Origin: Balanoglossus misakiensis
Lineage: Eukaryota > Animalia > Hemichordata
Length of the DNA stretch: 64,000 nt
Direction of reading: 5' to 3'
Assembly: GCA_040954595.2 (NCBI GenBank)
Contig: CM082598.2
Location: 2,761,162 to 2,825,161 of the forward strand
Below are positions 13,112-25,732 of this stretch, piece by piece. The notes under the pieces were generated by a model. It was not told the origin of the DNA and did no database searches. It saw nothing but the letters and a program-made list of their open reading frames with translations. Positions within the stretch are counted from its first letter, which is position 1, and each line of letters begins with the position of its first letter. A program made the position numbers and the translations under genes.

Positions 13112-16100
13112 ATGGCAACATCTCACACTGACCAGGTCCAGGTTGTCCATCATGTGACCGGGGTCACAGAAGTCATCCCGGCTGTATCAGCTGAGGGTCC
13201 AAGTATACAAACAACTTTCCCTGAGGTACCGGTAACGTGTTAATCTCTTGCAGTATAAATTCAGCTCGATTCCACTCAAAATTAAATTCAGTGAAACTCA
13301 AAAAAATAATTTTAATTAATCAAAAATATCATGAGCAGTCTTAGAGTAGGCATTGTATTTGAGATGAGTCACACCCTCCTGCCAAACTAAAACAAAACAA
13401 CGGCTAAGCAAACAAACAAACACAAACCAAGAGGTCTATCTACACTATTGCGGTGTGAAAAATATATACAGTACGTTGGTGGTGGAGAAGATTAGCTTGG
13501 ATGTCATTGTAGGTACGATAATATGCCGAGTGAAAAATTGCTTCCAGGTGCAGACAGTGGGCCAGCCGGAAGTGCAAGTGATCCAGGTGGATGCGGGTGA
13601 TTCCAGTCAAGGAAAGATCTACCAGGTGATAGCTGTGGAGCAACCGGATGGTATCCATGGCGATTCCGTGCATCACAGTGAGTGTCAAATCAATGAAACC
13701 TCAGCAAAGAAATGATGAAGTCGTAAAAAGTCCCAGAACTTCAAAACAACACCATGCGACAAAAAAGAATTTACTGACCTCAACTTTATTAAGCAGTTTA
13801 ACCCCTTTCACCCCCAGTTCTCTCTATAGAGGTCCAACTTTACTATACAAAACAATGGAATTGGACCAAACCATAGCGGTGGAAGGGTTAATACACCCAT
13901 TGAGAATCTCACAGACAGACTACAGTATGTTCGTTGTATACTGGACGAACAGTATTTGATATACAAAACTAAAACACTGGAACTAAAGTTACAGCTAATG
14001 TCCCTTACTTGAGGACACTATTCTGAGTGAAAACCAATAAAATTGGAATCGTTTTCGCATCGTCTTTCCCCAGTCACAGAAGTCACACCAACAAGCTCAG
14101 GATCCGACGCCATACACGACGTAACACACACTTCAGTGACAGCACTGCTGGAAAGCACGGCCAGCGGTGTGGTAGTGCAGCAGGTCCAGGAGTCGACGCC
14201 ACACAAAGAATTGCCAACAGGGTGCCCCGCATGGGCTGCCCGGTTGAAAGAATGTGAGGTGAGTTAAAGTCTTGTGACTTAATTAGTGCGATGGAAAAAT
14301 CAGCCAATTTTGAATGACCCAAATAGGGTGCACAAGCCTCTAATTAGAATAATCAGTGTCATGACAACCAATTTTGACATAAGCCTCTCCATTTCGAACA
14401 GTCTATCGGCGATTCGTACCGTGGCTACGTAGAGAGTGAAGTGGAACTCGACCTGTTACTCACATATCACAAACAACAGACTGGCACCTTTTGGGGAACG
14501 AGACAGTCGCCGAGTCAAAACAAACCATCCAAACGTCTCATGTGGAAATCCCAGTACGTTCCCTACGACGGCATTCCATTTCTCAATGCAGGTATGATAG
14601 TTGTGTGTTGTTTTCTTTTAGTATGATAGTCACCTTTTTGTATAAAATCCAGGTAGTGCTTCACGCTCGTTACAGTCAAACCTGTGTTAGTGGTCACCTC
14701 TATATATATAGTGGCCACTTTGTTACTGTCCCTGTGCATTTACATTAATTGACCCATCGATAAAGGCCACCGCATTTGTTTGTTTATAAACATTACAGTT
14801 CATCCACAAATCCCTGAAATAAGATCATTCTTAGAATGAACGAAGCAGCCAACCGTAGCAAAGACTAGGCATGACAGCAACTGAAGATCCTAGTAGGTCA
14901 TGGCGACTGCAGTGGGGTTTGCGCTGGTATGGGAGGGCATTTTCTCATCAAGGGGGAAACCCACGCGGCGCGACGACCCCTTCCCCTTAACTGGCTACGT
15001 TAGACAGGTTCGACTTACCTCTACTCTGTTTCTCCCAATCAGGAAGCCGGGCTATTGTCATGGAATGCCAGTATGGACCTCGGCGGAAAGGTGGACCAAA
15101 TAAAAAAGTGGCTGACACTTCATCTTTTAAAACAACTTGTCCTGCAAGGTAAGGGAGATTGATTAGCTTGAATTCCTACTTTGGTCTTGCAAACAAGAAA
15201 TTGTTCAGTTTACAGTGTCTGGTTTATATAGGATCTTCTAACATGGTTCTATGTGGAAATGGACAGGAAAATTTATTCAGTATACACATGTATCCAGATC
15301 AGACAGGGGTCGCTGTTACAGGTTGTACTGTAATGTGAATTAAGTGTACAATCTCATTTTCTTCCAGGATTTACATTAAGAAAGTTCGGAAGTTTCCAGA
15401 GCTGAAGGTTGACACAGGGCCAGGTGTCGACAGAAAGACTCTGCGACTTCAACAAGACAGAGCATTCGCAATACTGCGCGACAAGCCAGAAAACATTTCA
15501 GGAGTAGAAAGGTGAGAGAGGTTGTAGTTTATGTTATTGTTGATTATAATCGACCCCATTCTAAGTAGATATATGTGTTAATTCTTTGTATTAAAGCTCC
15601 ATGAACTGCCAAATTTCTCATATTGTTATGGTTCAAATTTGAGTCCAAGTCCAGACTAGAATTCATTTGTCAACAATAACAATGGTCATTACACACATAC
15701 AGGCTATGTTGACAAGCAGCGCTGGGTATAAAGCATGCTGTTTGGAGTAGTGCTTTTGGTACACAGATCAAAAATACTGAAAATAAAACCAAAAGGTTAC
15801 AACTAATGAGTGCCTCACGTTGATAATTTCAACCTATAAATGTCGCTTTTAGGTTCTATGTACAACTGCCGACCACAAAAGCTCACGAATACCACGACGA
15901 CCCTCCCACACACTTGTACGGGGTCAACATCCAGATTGCGCCAACACCAACCGAACAACCCACGCCAAAGCGAATGCACCCAAGAGTGGCCGACAAGCTT
16001 CGGCAGCTCGTGTCGGAGGGCACCAGAAATGTTTACCACGTGAGAAAATTATTGAGGTGAGTAACGGTTATTAAACCAAGACACGGGAACCAGGAACGAC

Positions 16101-18376
16101 ATTTTTGCCAAAGCATGTTAAAATCCTGGAACAGAGTTTCTCAGAATTATATAATTTATGCTAAATTCAGCGGAGATTTAGTGTTTAATTACGGATGAAT
16201 ATGTGAAAGAGTTACTTTAAGAATTCTTGTAGTACAGTTTTTATATATTTTCTCCTTTTTCCAAGAGGTACTTAAATCATGAGTTTTGGCTATGGAACTA
16301 TGAGTTTTATTGTTATTTTATATTTTCATTGGGATTTGATTTTGTGGATTTTGTCAATCAGCAAAATCAGTGAAAATTCAACCCAGTGAAACAATGCTTT
16401 TACAATATTTCTGTTTTTGCCATCACCTCCTTTGTTGCTTTCATTCAGGATAAAAAGATATTTCCTATCTCATCACATCTTCCGTTGAATTTTATGATTT
16501 CTTCCCTCCTCTCTCTCATTCCCACAGGATGTTTGTCGAGAGAGAATTATTCCACGGAGAAACGGTGCCGGAAAAACACAACCTGGCATATTTTCCGACC
16601 ATCCACGACATCCAGAATCACATCCATAGGGCTGTCAAGGACATTGACACGGGAGAGCTGTCGGCTGTCTCTGCACCGGTTACGGTGAATAATTTTCTAC
16701 CCTTTCACTGCCATGGTTTGGTCCAAATCCTATCATTTGCCATGGCGAACTTGGACCTTTACCAATTGAAACAGGGGTGGAATGTGTCAGATCAATCAGA
16801 GTGCAACATCTCCTTGAGTGGAATTGGCTTTTTCGTACTGAAAATTTTTGGGAAAATTCACATGGAAAATTCTTGGAGAATAACGTTTCTGACCGAAGAA
16901 ACTCCCGGAAAAAAATAACTGGAAAATCCAGGAATTTTTGAATGACTTCCAGCCCTGTTATAACAGAAAAAATCCTGAAGAATATCGTTTCTGACCGAAG
17001 AAATTCCCGGAAAAAAATAACTAGAAACTCCTGGAATTTTTTAATGACTTCCAGCCCTGTTATAACAGGAAAATCCTGGAGAATAGCATTTCTGACCCAA
17101 GAAACTCCCGGAAAAAAATCCCTGGTAGAACTGGAAACTCCTGGAATTTTTGAATGACTTCCAGCACTGGTAATTCCGTAACCTGTATGCATCCAAATCA
17201 AATCCTGTTTTGATTTCCGACAGATGAGTGACAGCCTCAGTGGCAGTGAAGAACAAGCGACAGCCGATGCAGCCAGCCAGTTGCAGCAACATCTCTGGCA
17301 GACACAGACTACAGGGGAAGAACCCCAGACACAGACGGTGACAGTCACCCTGACACAGAACCCAGGGGAAGGTGAGGAGTGCCAGTAGTCAGAGCTACCA
17401 AAAGCTGAATAACTGAGCAATTGCCATTACAAGATTGCAGATTACGAGAATGGTGGTACAAAATACAATATAGATATAAAATGGATCCTTGGTCTCCTGT
17501 ACTAAGTTTGTGAGAAGTTGAAGTTATATCTGGAAACATCTGAATTGTTATTAATGCCTGTTTATTATCGTACAACTCTTGCAGAAAATGGAGCTGTAAT
17601 CTCATTGGTGGAGACCACACTGAGCGACGGCACAACACAAGTCAGCAATACAATCTCACCCAAGACAGCACAGCTACTCTCTCAGTTAAATCCTAGAATT
17701 TTTGAAAACTCACAGATTGCAAGGGTATGTATGTATGTATGTATGTATGTATGTATGTATGTATGTATGTATGTATGTATGTATGTATGTATGTATGTAT
17801 GTATGTATGTATGTATGTATGTATGTATGTATGTATGTATGTATGTATCTATCTATCTATCTATCTTGTCCATGATAAAAAATAGTAATTAAGGAATATT
17901 TTTTGTATCACCAGGTGAAACATGATGGATCAGACACCATCACAATAGAAATGCAGCATCTACAACCAACGACGTCGGAAGGAGAAACCGTCGACCTGGC
18001 GGCCGTCTCCTCCATAGCAACCTCAGAACACCAAGCCGCTCCCATGGTGACCATCGCCATGGCACCCCAGCCAACACTGACGCCAGTGGAGCAGTTGCTG
18101 CAAGCGCAGTCAGCGGACAAAACACAAGGTAGGGGTCAATCTCATCAGCTAATTTCTCTTGTGTGCGACAGCCTTTAGTTGCAAACGTGAGAAGTTGCCA
18201 GACAAAATTTGAGTTTGAAGCAAAAGTGTGAAAACATTCAAACAAATGTAACCGCTGAGACTTGACGTGGAGAGCTTACTAAGTGCGTAATTTGCCTTTT
18301 TTCAAAAGATGCAGAAACGATTCAAGCCACGGAGAATGCTTCAGCAGAACAAGTTGCCATGGTAACAGAGCAGTGA
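13112..18376 (+). CDS. CARF: Calcium-responsive transcription factor (CaRF) orthologue, 12 coding exons, ~601 aa
   Basis: Exons: 13112-13231, 13548-13677, 14074-14258, 14402-14591, 15043-15148, 15368-15511, 15853-16056, 16528-16684, 17224-17371, 17585-17724, 17915-18128, 18309-18376. All introns are GT-AG and phase-consistent (1806 nt). Peptides [62 protein letters not shown] and FVERELF...HNLAYFPT match the CaRF conserved domain as I recall it. AATAAA at ~19589. The terminal exons are less certain than the core. Confidence 0.93.
13798..13891. mobile_element. ~90-bp piggyBac-like MITE (TTAA-CCC...GGG-TTAA)
   Basis: ttaacccctttcacc...ggtggaagggttaa. The core ttggaccaaaccat(a/g)g(c/t)ggtg recurs at ~16697-16785 (reverse), ~18565-18652 and ~31516-31611. 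Confidence 0.65.
14770..14986. mobile_element. Second, left-truncated copy of the 9675-9908 MITE, lying within a TA-CAGT-ended element (~14671-15016) in a CARF intron
   Basis: Near-identical to 9694-9912 and ends ccccttaa. Flanked by tacagtcaaacctgt and acaggttcgact. Confidence 0.7.
16865..17165. repeat. Intronic tandem repeat, 3 copies of ~102-110 bp
   Basis: tttctgacc(g/c)aagaaa(c/t)tcccggaaaaaaat...aatgacttccagc occurs three times. Confidence 0.85.
17725..17864. repeat. (GTAT)n then (CTAT)n microsatellite starting at a CARF splice donor
   Basis: Directly visible. The first GT is the donor of exon 17585-17724. Confidence 0.95.
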
Positions 18377-18868
18377 GTTAACACGAGACAGTGGACAAAG
18401 CATTTGCCATTGTTACAACATGTGGACAAGGAAGTTAACCAAGAACTTTTCTACAAAAAACAAACGCGATTTGCTCAGGACAGAAACTAAGTTGTGCCCA
18501 GGACAGATTTAGGAGTAAATTCCTCCAGAATGTTTGCTCTTGTAACAGAAGACTTATTCTGAATCCACACACCCCTGTTACCCAGTGCTTGGGTCCAGCT
18601 ACTCCATCAGAAACAATAGATTTGGACCAAACCATGGTGGTGAAACTGGTTTATGAAATATAGCCCAAGAATTCAGCCCATAAATTAGGATGTTAAGTTG
18701 GCATTTTTAACAAATAATTTTGGTTGTTTGTAAAAGGGACATTAGCTGTAACATTTCCAGTAGTTTTATTCTGTGTACCAAACTCTCGCTGTACTCCAAA
18801 CAGCATGCTAATAAACCCAGGACTCCACTTCTGACATACCCTGTATGCGTATAACAACCATTGATATT

Positions 18869-18933
18869 GTTGACAAACAAATTCTAGTCCGGACTTGAAT
18901 TTAAATTATGCGCAATAACAATGCTGACTATAG
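18869..18933 (+). repeat. Short interspersed repeat fragment
   Basis: aattctagtccggacttgaatt...caataacaatgc(t/a)gactata is also at ~48888-48950, and in reverse at ~15635-15675. Confidence 0.6.
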
Positions 18934-21854
18934 ACTATTCTGTTGAGTGTAAAATTGCTACAGTATACTCAGACACCCACTGGAATGGGATTGCTGGAAT
19001 CATGGAATTTTTTGGTCCCACTTTCCGAAAACCAGTTCAGCCTGGTCTTTATACCCAGTGTGTTTTAGATAGACTCACACACAGGGCCTTAACACGTAGT
19101 CATATCTCTTCAAAGTTGACGATCTGCATGTCAACAGAACTTAAAATGCCATGCCTCCACACTGTGATTTACTGCCATGGCCGATGAATTTGTACAAATA
19201 ATTTGAAGAAGAAAAACCATGCAGCTACTGAAGTTTTTAATTTAACTTTAAAGATGTAATATATTCATTTCATCAGACAATAATTAGAAATGCCCAAATA
19301 CTTCGCTTGTTTTTGTCACGATCAACTTGACATTATTTTAAAATTTACAAATCTTTTTCACATTTTCTAAATATATGTCAGAACATACCTGAAAAAATAT
19401 TACTTAAAATAACAAAGGTAAAGTTTAGTGAAGTCTAAATATGTCGCTCTCCTATTTAACAAGAATTGCACAGTTTATGTTCATTTTCAGTGATATCATG
19501 TTTCACTAATTTATAATTAAAATTGTGTGCATTTTTCATAGCTTTCTTTTGTGCAGTTATTAAGATTATGTACAGTATTTCTCCATGAAATAAACAAACG
19601 TTTCCAGTGTATATTTGTGCATGTGTATCTCACTGATTCGACTGAGTGAAAGGTCATTGATTGACCTCTAACCTCATATGATGACCTATGACCCATGTTC
19701 TGGAGTATTGCCATGGTTTCAGTGGTTATAACTGGAGGTTTGACAAAGTTTAAAGTGATCTCTTTTGAAATATTGTTTCATCCGGGCAAGTTACTATTGT
19801 CTGCAAAGGCGCCCTCAGTGGGCGTGTCTTGCTTTGTCTTTGTTTTTATGGACTTTTGTTTTTATTCTGCTTCCAACCGCCAGTTATAGCACCCCCTATC
19901 GGGCACGACCACTCCAGGCGAGTTGGTAACTGCCAGTTACCGGCTTTGTGGAGTGGCGGTGTGTGTACATAGTACAATAAGTTCTTGATTTACAATAGAA
20001 CAAGTTGACATGCTCCGCTACAACGGACGTGTTGTTGAGGGGTAACCAGACACCACACAGTGTACGTGTTTAAGCGCTCACTCATCTGGAAGCACAACTA
20101 GTCAAGCTTCGTGGAACACGGATATTCGAAAAAACAAACTTCCGTACTTAACTTCAACCTAGGTGTTTCAAAAGACGCTGTTGGCCGGACACTGGGGCAG
20201 AGACCTTGCCAACGAGTGATTAGAGACGAAGCGTTGGGCTAAGTGACCTGACAATAGCTATCATATCATCGTGACGTCTGTGTACACTTGCTTTACTGTG
20301 AACGGTTATTATTGTACGATCAGGAAGACCGGACCACTACAAGGCAGCGAGGACAGTACAGACAAAACTGATATTCGACCACAGTTACAAACACGGATGT
20401 TACGAAAGGAGCGAAGTTAATGCAGTGGCACTAAAGTTAATCTGTTACTCCATGCATGTAACGCTTCTGAGTTTACATCGGACTATTTGGTAACACCTGA
20501 CGCCGAATCCTCGTGAACAGTTTTCTGCTACAGACACGTACAGCCATACAATACAACCGATCAACTCCACCAACCAAAAACTATGATTTCACTTCTGAAA
20601 ACCACGTGACGCAGACAAGGCAGCGTAGAAACCCCAAGACAGTAACACAGTAAGCAGAGGGTCTCATCCACGCCTTCTCTCCAATGCCAACTACCTGAAA
20701 CACACTGATCTCAAGCAAAACAACGCGTAGCCGAGACACCAGCCGAGAGCGGTAAGCTATTATGTACATTCCCCCCAACCACTTGTCAATTTCAAATTAA
20801 CGTCCACAGAATGGACTCCTTAATACGCCTGCCGCACACGTGGCCAATAAAACGCGAAATCTGAATTAATTTTGCGACTTTGATGACGTCAAAGCGTAAT
20901 TAACACAATTCTAATGAATACACATAGAATACACCGAATTCCTCTTGGACGTGTGATTTCCCTTAGTCTGGGAAAAGGATCTAAAGACCAGGTTATCTAA
21001 GAAATCAATCCACGAAATTTCTTGGAAATTAATGTAACAAAACGAACGCGTGGTGAATAAATAAATAGGTATGTAGATAAATATACAGCCAGACAGACAG
21101 ACAGAAAAATAAATAAATTCAAGAAAACACACGTTCAATGAACCCGAAAGCCAAACCTACAGTGTACATGAGTTTATTCAAGAGGAACTATGACCCCCAG
21201 AATTCCTAACGTCTACGTGGCTGAGAAGACAATAGGTTCATTTTCGCCATTGTTTTGTCTTGTCAGCCACCCATCGAATCTCAGACACTGATGAATCGAG
21301 TCGGTTACGGTCAAGGGCACACAAACAATAGCGATTGTCACCAGGGGGTCAGTCAGAAAAGCCAGTTTTTGTGATTTCGTCTTGAATTTTAATGAGTGAC
21401 TTTTTGATTACAGCAAGCAAGGTTAGACCCCCAGAGACTTGCAATTTCAAGTTGGCTCAAGTTAAATTCTGTAACGGTTTATAAACATCGAGGTTGGGAA
21501 ACTTGGAGTCTCAAGGACACTAAATCTTTTACGATTTGCCACATAACAACTAAACTTCTGGGTGTTTGTCAAATTGGCCATGGTCTCGTGCGAGTGAAAA
21601 ATCGTATTTCGTACATGCCTGTGCCATGCATTGATCTCGGTCAGCCTGTTCTAAATAACACACTCGAACACAGAATAAATACGAACCATTCACGCTGGCT
21701 CTAGCGTGTTACAGCGATTATACCCTTAGAGGGTCTAAGCTCATTTGTCCCCATTACATAAAGTACCCAAGAATGTTTCAAACTCCTTGGGAATATCCCC
21801 CGTCATCGTCTAATTGATAACAATTAAAAATGCTAATCGTCGGTTTAAGGGGTT

Positions 21855-22000
21855 TTAGTCTAGGAAAAAAGTGCTGGCGACGTGTTTGGGATTAGGCCGA
21901 CGGTAACCAGGCACAAAGTGCTCGGAGACATAGCGGTTGCATCGACGAGGAATGTGGATGCTTTGTTCGTAACCGTTGTGGTCCGCCTTTGTGAAGTCGC
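21855..22000 (-). CDS. Candidate terminal coding exon of an unidentified small gene
   Basis: A pyrimidine-rich acceptor ctctctaccccaag is followed by a GC-rich open frame DFTKADHNGYEQSIHIPRRCNRYVSEHFVPGYRRPNPKHVASTFFLD*. Upstream exons were not resolved. Confidence 0.3.
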
Positions 22001-22282
22001 CTTGGGGTAGAGAGGTCAACAGAATAGCGGTGTACACGCATTCTGTCAATGTTGTCGACTTATAGTCGGTTTCTGTTGACTCTGTTAAGCTTTATCTGTC
22101 GCGGAGGCAGAAATATATACATAGATTTCCTAACTTTGGTTAAATAGCGGCTAGATTATAGACAAATATACTCAGATTGTCGTCCACAAGGTTTACAAAA
22201 GGGGTAAGCAGAAAATCGAACAAGGGTAAACAGTCATGACTACCGGCACGGTGTAGATTATACGCTTTTAGTCTCATAGGAG

Positions 22283-22284
22283 GT

Positions 22285-22315
<31 letters not shown>

Positions 22316-22438
22316 AGTGTGAGTGAGAGAGCGAGAAAGGGAGGGAGGGAGGGAGGGAGAGAGAGAGGGGGGAGAGAGAAAGGAGACAGATAGAGAGAGA
22401 GGAGAGCGAGAGGCGAGAAAGAGAGAACGAGAGAGAGA
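22283..22438. repeat. Compound (GT)n/(GGGA)n/(GA)n microsatellite
   Basis: Directly visible. Confidence 0.92.
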
Positions 22439-23578
22439 TTAAACATGCAGAATAGAGTATTAAAGTCGTCTCTTTGGAATCTTAAGTGTTGACAGCTGTA
22501 TTTTGTCATCTACACGCGTTTATGTCTTCCCTAAAGTGTGAGTTATAGTCAATAATAAAACAAGGAGGCGATATGTTTATATGAGAATGTCAAATGCACC
22601 ATTGCGGAAATATTAAATCAACGTTACCAAGGAAACACAATCCTAGCCATTGTGTGCCATTACATTTTACATTATAGCCTATTTCCTGCAGTGCTTGTGT
22701 GCATACACACATAATCTAAGCGGTATATGATTAATTACAAAAAAAACTGTATCCCTGGTAACCAGTTCCATTATATACGATGTCCACATACAAACGAAAA
22801 GGACATTTTAATGTAGTGTTTTGGTCTTTCACGTCGTGCTGGAAAATTTAATCTGTGTGACAATTTGTGCGTGCGTCTTTCGTACTTTGTGAAAGTTCAA
22901 CCAACAGAGTTCACGCGACATAATAGCTGAATGTCACATCACATTGCCAAGGACGTCATCTCAGAATTTTCCAACAAAACAACGAGGAGAGTCAACACAC
23001 AACTTAACAATGCAATGTACAGTAAATGGTCAACTTTCTTTCAAATGAAAAAAAACATTGAATGTTCTTTTTGTACCGTTTTTTAACCAGATTTTGTTCT
23101 ATTAAAATCAAGCTCAGAACCCATCAAACAGTTTCCTGTATACCGAGTATTCAATGAGAATGCGCATTAAATCATTCACTCTACCAAGAAACACGGCGTC
23201 TCAAAAAGACATTGTACGGTGGGAACAGTACAGAAATGTTTGGGAACAATCAGTTGATCTTACTGTCGTATAGTAGGTGTGGTCGTTGCCCTTTTATTAA
23301 GGGACCGCTTAATACACAACGGTCTCCTTTTCTGGTCCGACAATTTGCGACTTTGCCCATTCATTCATTTTCGTATTAAACTAGTGGCCTGAGTTTATAT
23401 ATAAAGGAACTGGGGAACGTTCTGTTGAAAGCGGTGTTTGTTGATTGTCGGTGGTCTATGACGTCACGAGGTGGGAACTGGCGAAGAAACTCAAAGCCAA
23501 AACGTGCAAGAAAGACAACAGTTGTTGTTGTGAGACAGTGGGACACTGACCTGAATGAAACGAGAACTGTATGAAATG

Positions 23579-23811
23579 TAAGGCCAAATTTTAGCCCGCC
23601 GACCCTACACCGGAAGTAAAACAACGATGCCAAATATACGAAATTTATGAAAAATTGTGAGAATCACGTAAGAACTATGACGTCATTCTTCTACACTACG
23701 GCGGCTAGAGATATCAAAAAATTGCAAAATAAAAAATTTTCCTACCTACTTACCCTATTTATGAAAACCATGTAATCAGAACATCACATATTTTTTTTTT
23801 ATTTGGCCTTA
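23579..23811. mobile_element. Putative PIF/Harbinger-like MITE
   Basis: Perfect 11-bp inverted ends taaggccaaat / atttggcctta. Confidence 0.55.
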
Positions 23812-25674
23812 GCACATTTCAAAAATACCAAATAGACTCTGCACCGAGATCATTTACGAGGGTTACATAAACAAAACTGCATTTACTCTTTCAATTTAAT
23901 AAAAAGAAGCTTAATGGGAATTCGACGCTCTTCAGGTAAATAAACAAAATTCAACCGTTGTCAAGAAACATGAGGTATGTCTGACTATGATTCAGATGTC
24001 CCTGGTATTCACTGAAAAATCATGCTTTAATTTATAAAAGTGTCTCAAATCGTTTTATGCACAGAAAGATATAAGCTAAGTTAACGAGAGACGAATTTTT
24101 ATTTCAATTGTGCCGTTGAGGAAAATGTAGTCTTGTTGGATATTAACAAGACTAGGAGGTTTAGTAACGTCGTTGTTAGGCGACAGGAACCTAGATATTG
24201 ATGCCGCAATATTATATTCTTATCGAAAAATTTAAAACCAGTTTTCTATCCTGTTATTTTAATTTACACACACTCGTATTTGAAATGGCGGACCAACAGA
24301 ACGAAAGACCATATCATGACTAAAACCAGGCAAAGTCCAGAGCGCCAATAAAATCAATAATTTATGTGATTAACAACACGTAATTTCATAAGAAAATTGT
24401 GTTGACTTAAACCATGGAAACATTCGAAGGGGTCGAGCCGATAAAAGCTTTTACGTGTTCGTCAGTTTCTCAGCATTTCTGGCGACTGAAAGAGCGATAT
24501 TGTAGCGACCGGGATTAATTGTGATGGACTCGGGTGATTGATTGCTTCGGCGGGGGCTCGTTGTTCGGGGTGGCGTCATTTTGTTTTACTGCCTGAAAAT
24601 TGAGTGATTGCCGATCAGAACTGATTAATCTAATCTAATTTCCCTCCCGCTGCGCATTTCAAGTGAAGTGAAAAGAAGTCGTTTGTCAACCTTGTTGCCT
24701 GAATCACGAGTAAGTGCTTTTCATTCAGTCGAGACCGTGCCCGTTAAACGATGTATATGCCTAATCCACCTAGTGGATTCATATAGACTGCCTTTTAGAA
24801 ATTCTCCGCGGTGGTTTTAATATTGTCTTCCAGGGAAACGGGGTAAGTGTATAATATGCTGTTTTTAGAAGAATCTGACATTTTAGTTATAAATTGTTAC
24901 GTTTTCACTCAGTTTCCCTCGGTATAAATCGCTGGTGTTGTACCAGACTGCAAAGTTTGCTCTTGAAAAGAGAGACAGTTGGCTATTTGCCGTCCGCTTC
25001 TATCACTGATCGTGATACTGAGGTTTAAGTAGGACAAAATGTCGTGAAATTGGTACCGTTCCAACTACTGGAATTTTTCGTTTTATGAGAATCCTGTCGG
25101 TAGATTGACCTACTTCTGCGTCTATAACGCGATGGAGGTCAACTTCATTAACGAGCATGTCTGTATTGTCAGGAAAAAGTCGCCCACGGCCAAAACCTCG
25201 CGTGACAATCACAAACCTCCCCGGCAAACCTCAGTCGTGATTTCCGTAAACCACGGAAAACATTCTCCATGTGTCAAAAGAACATTGGTAATGGAAGAAT
25301 GGACGTGATATTGGTCCCATTCAATGATTAATACGAAAAAGATGGGGGTCTATTCAAAGTATGGATATTAATAAACCACTGTATTATTGTTAATATAGTT
25401 CGTAAATGGAAAAGTCACATTCTTTATAATGAAGCCGACTGTGTTATTTGGAATTTTCTATGCACAGTGTTCATGTTAAAATACACCGAGGAATTGTATG
25501 TTTAATAGTTACTCTGTTTACGTTTTCTAGGTAATTCAATATTTACTTTTCAAAACACAAGAGACCTTCATGTAATTACAGAAACTTTATAGAATGAAAT
25601 ATTGGGGGGGGGGCATGTGTTAAAGTATAGATCGAGGCTTGTACTAGGGGCTTGTAAAATTTAGTACTGATTGA

Positions 25675-25678
<4 letters not shown>

Positions 25679-25714
<36 letters not shown>

Positions 25715-25732
25715 CCACCACCACCACCACCA
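25679..25732. repeat. (CAT)n(CAC)n microsatellite
   Basis: Directly visible. Confidence 0.95.

Noticed and set aside
16680-17420. 246-aa minus-strand ORF
   Set aside because: It is antisense to a CARF exon and runs through an intronic tandem repeat and a MITE, with no protein-like features.
24680-24710. Minus-strand GNKVD resembling the Ras G4 motif
   Set aside because: The flanking residues and splice context do not resemble the missing R-Ras exon.
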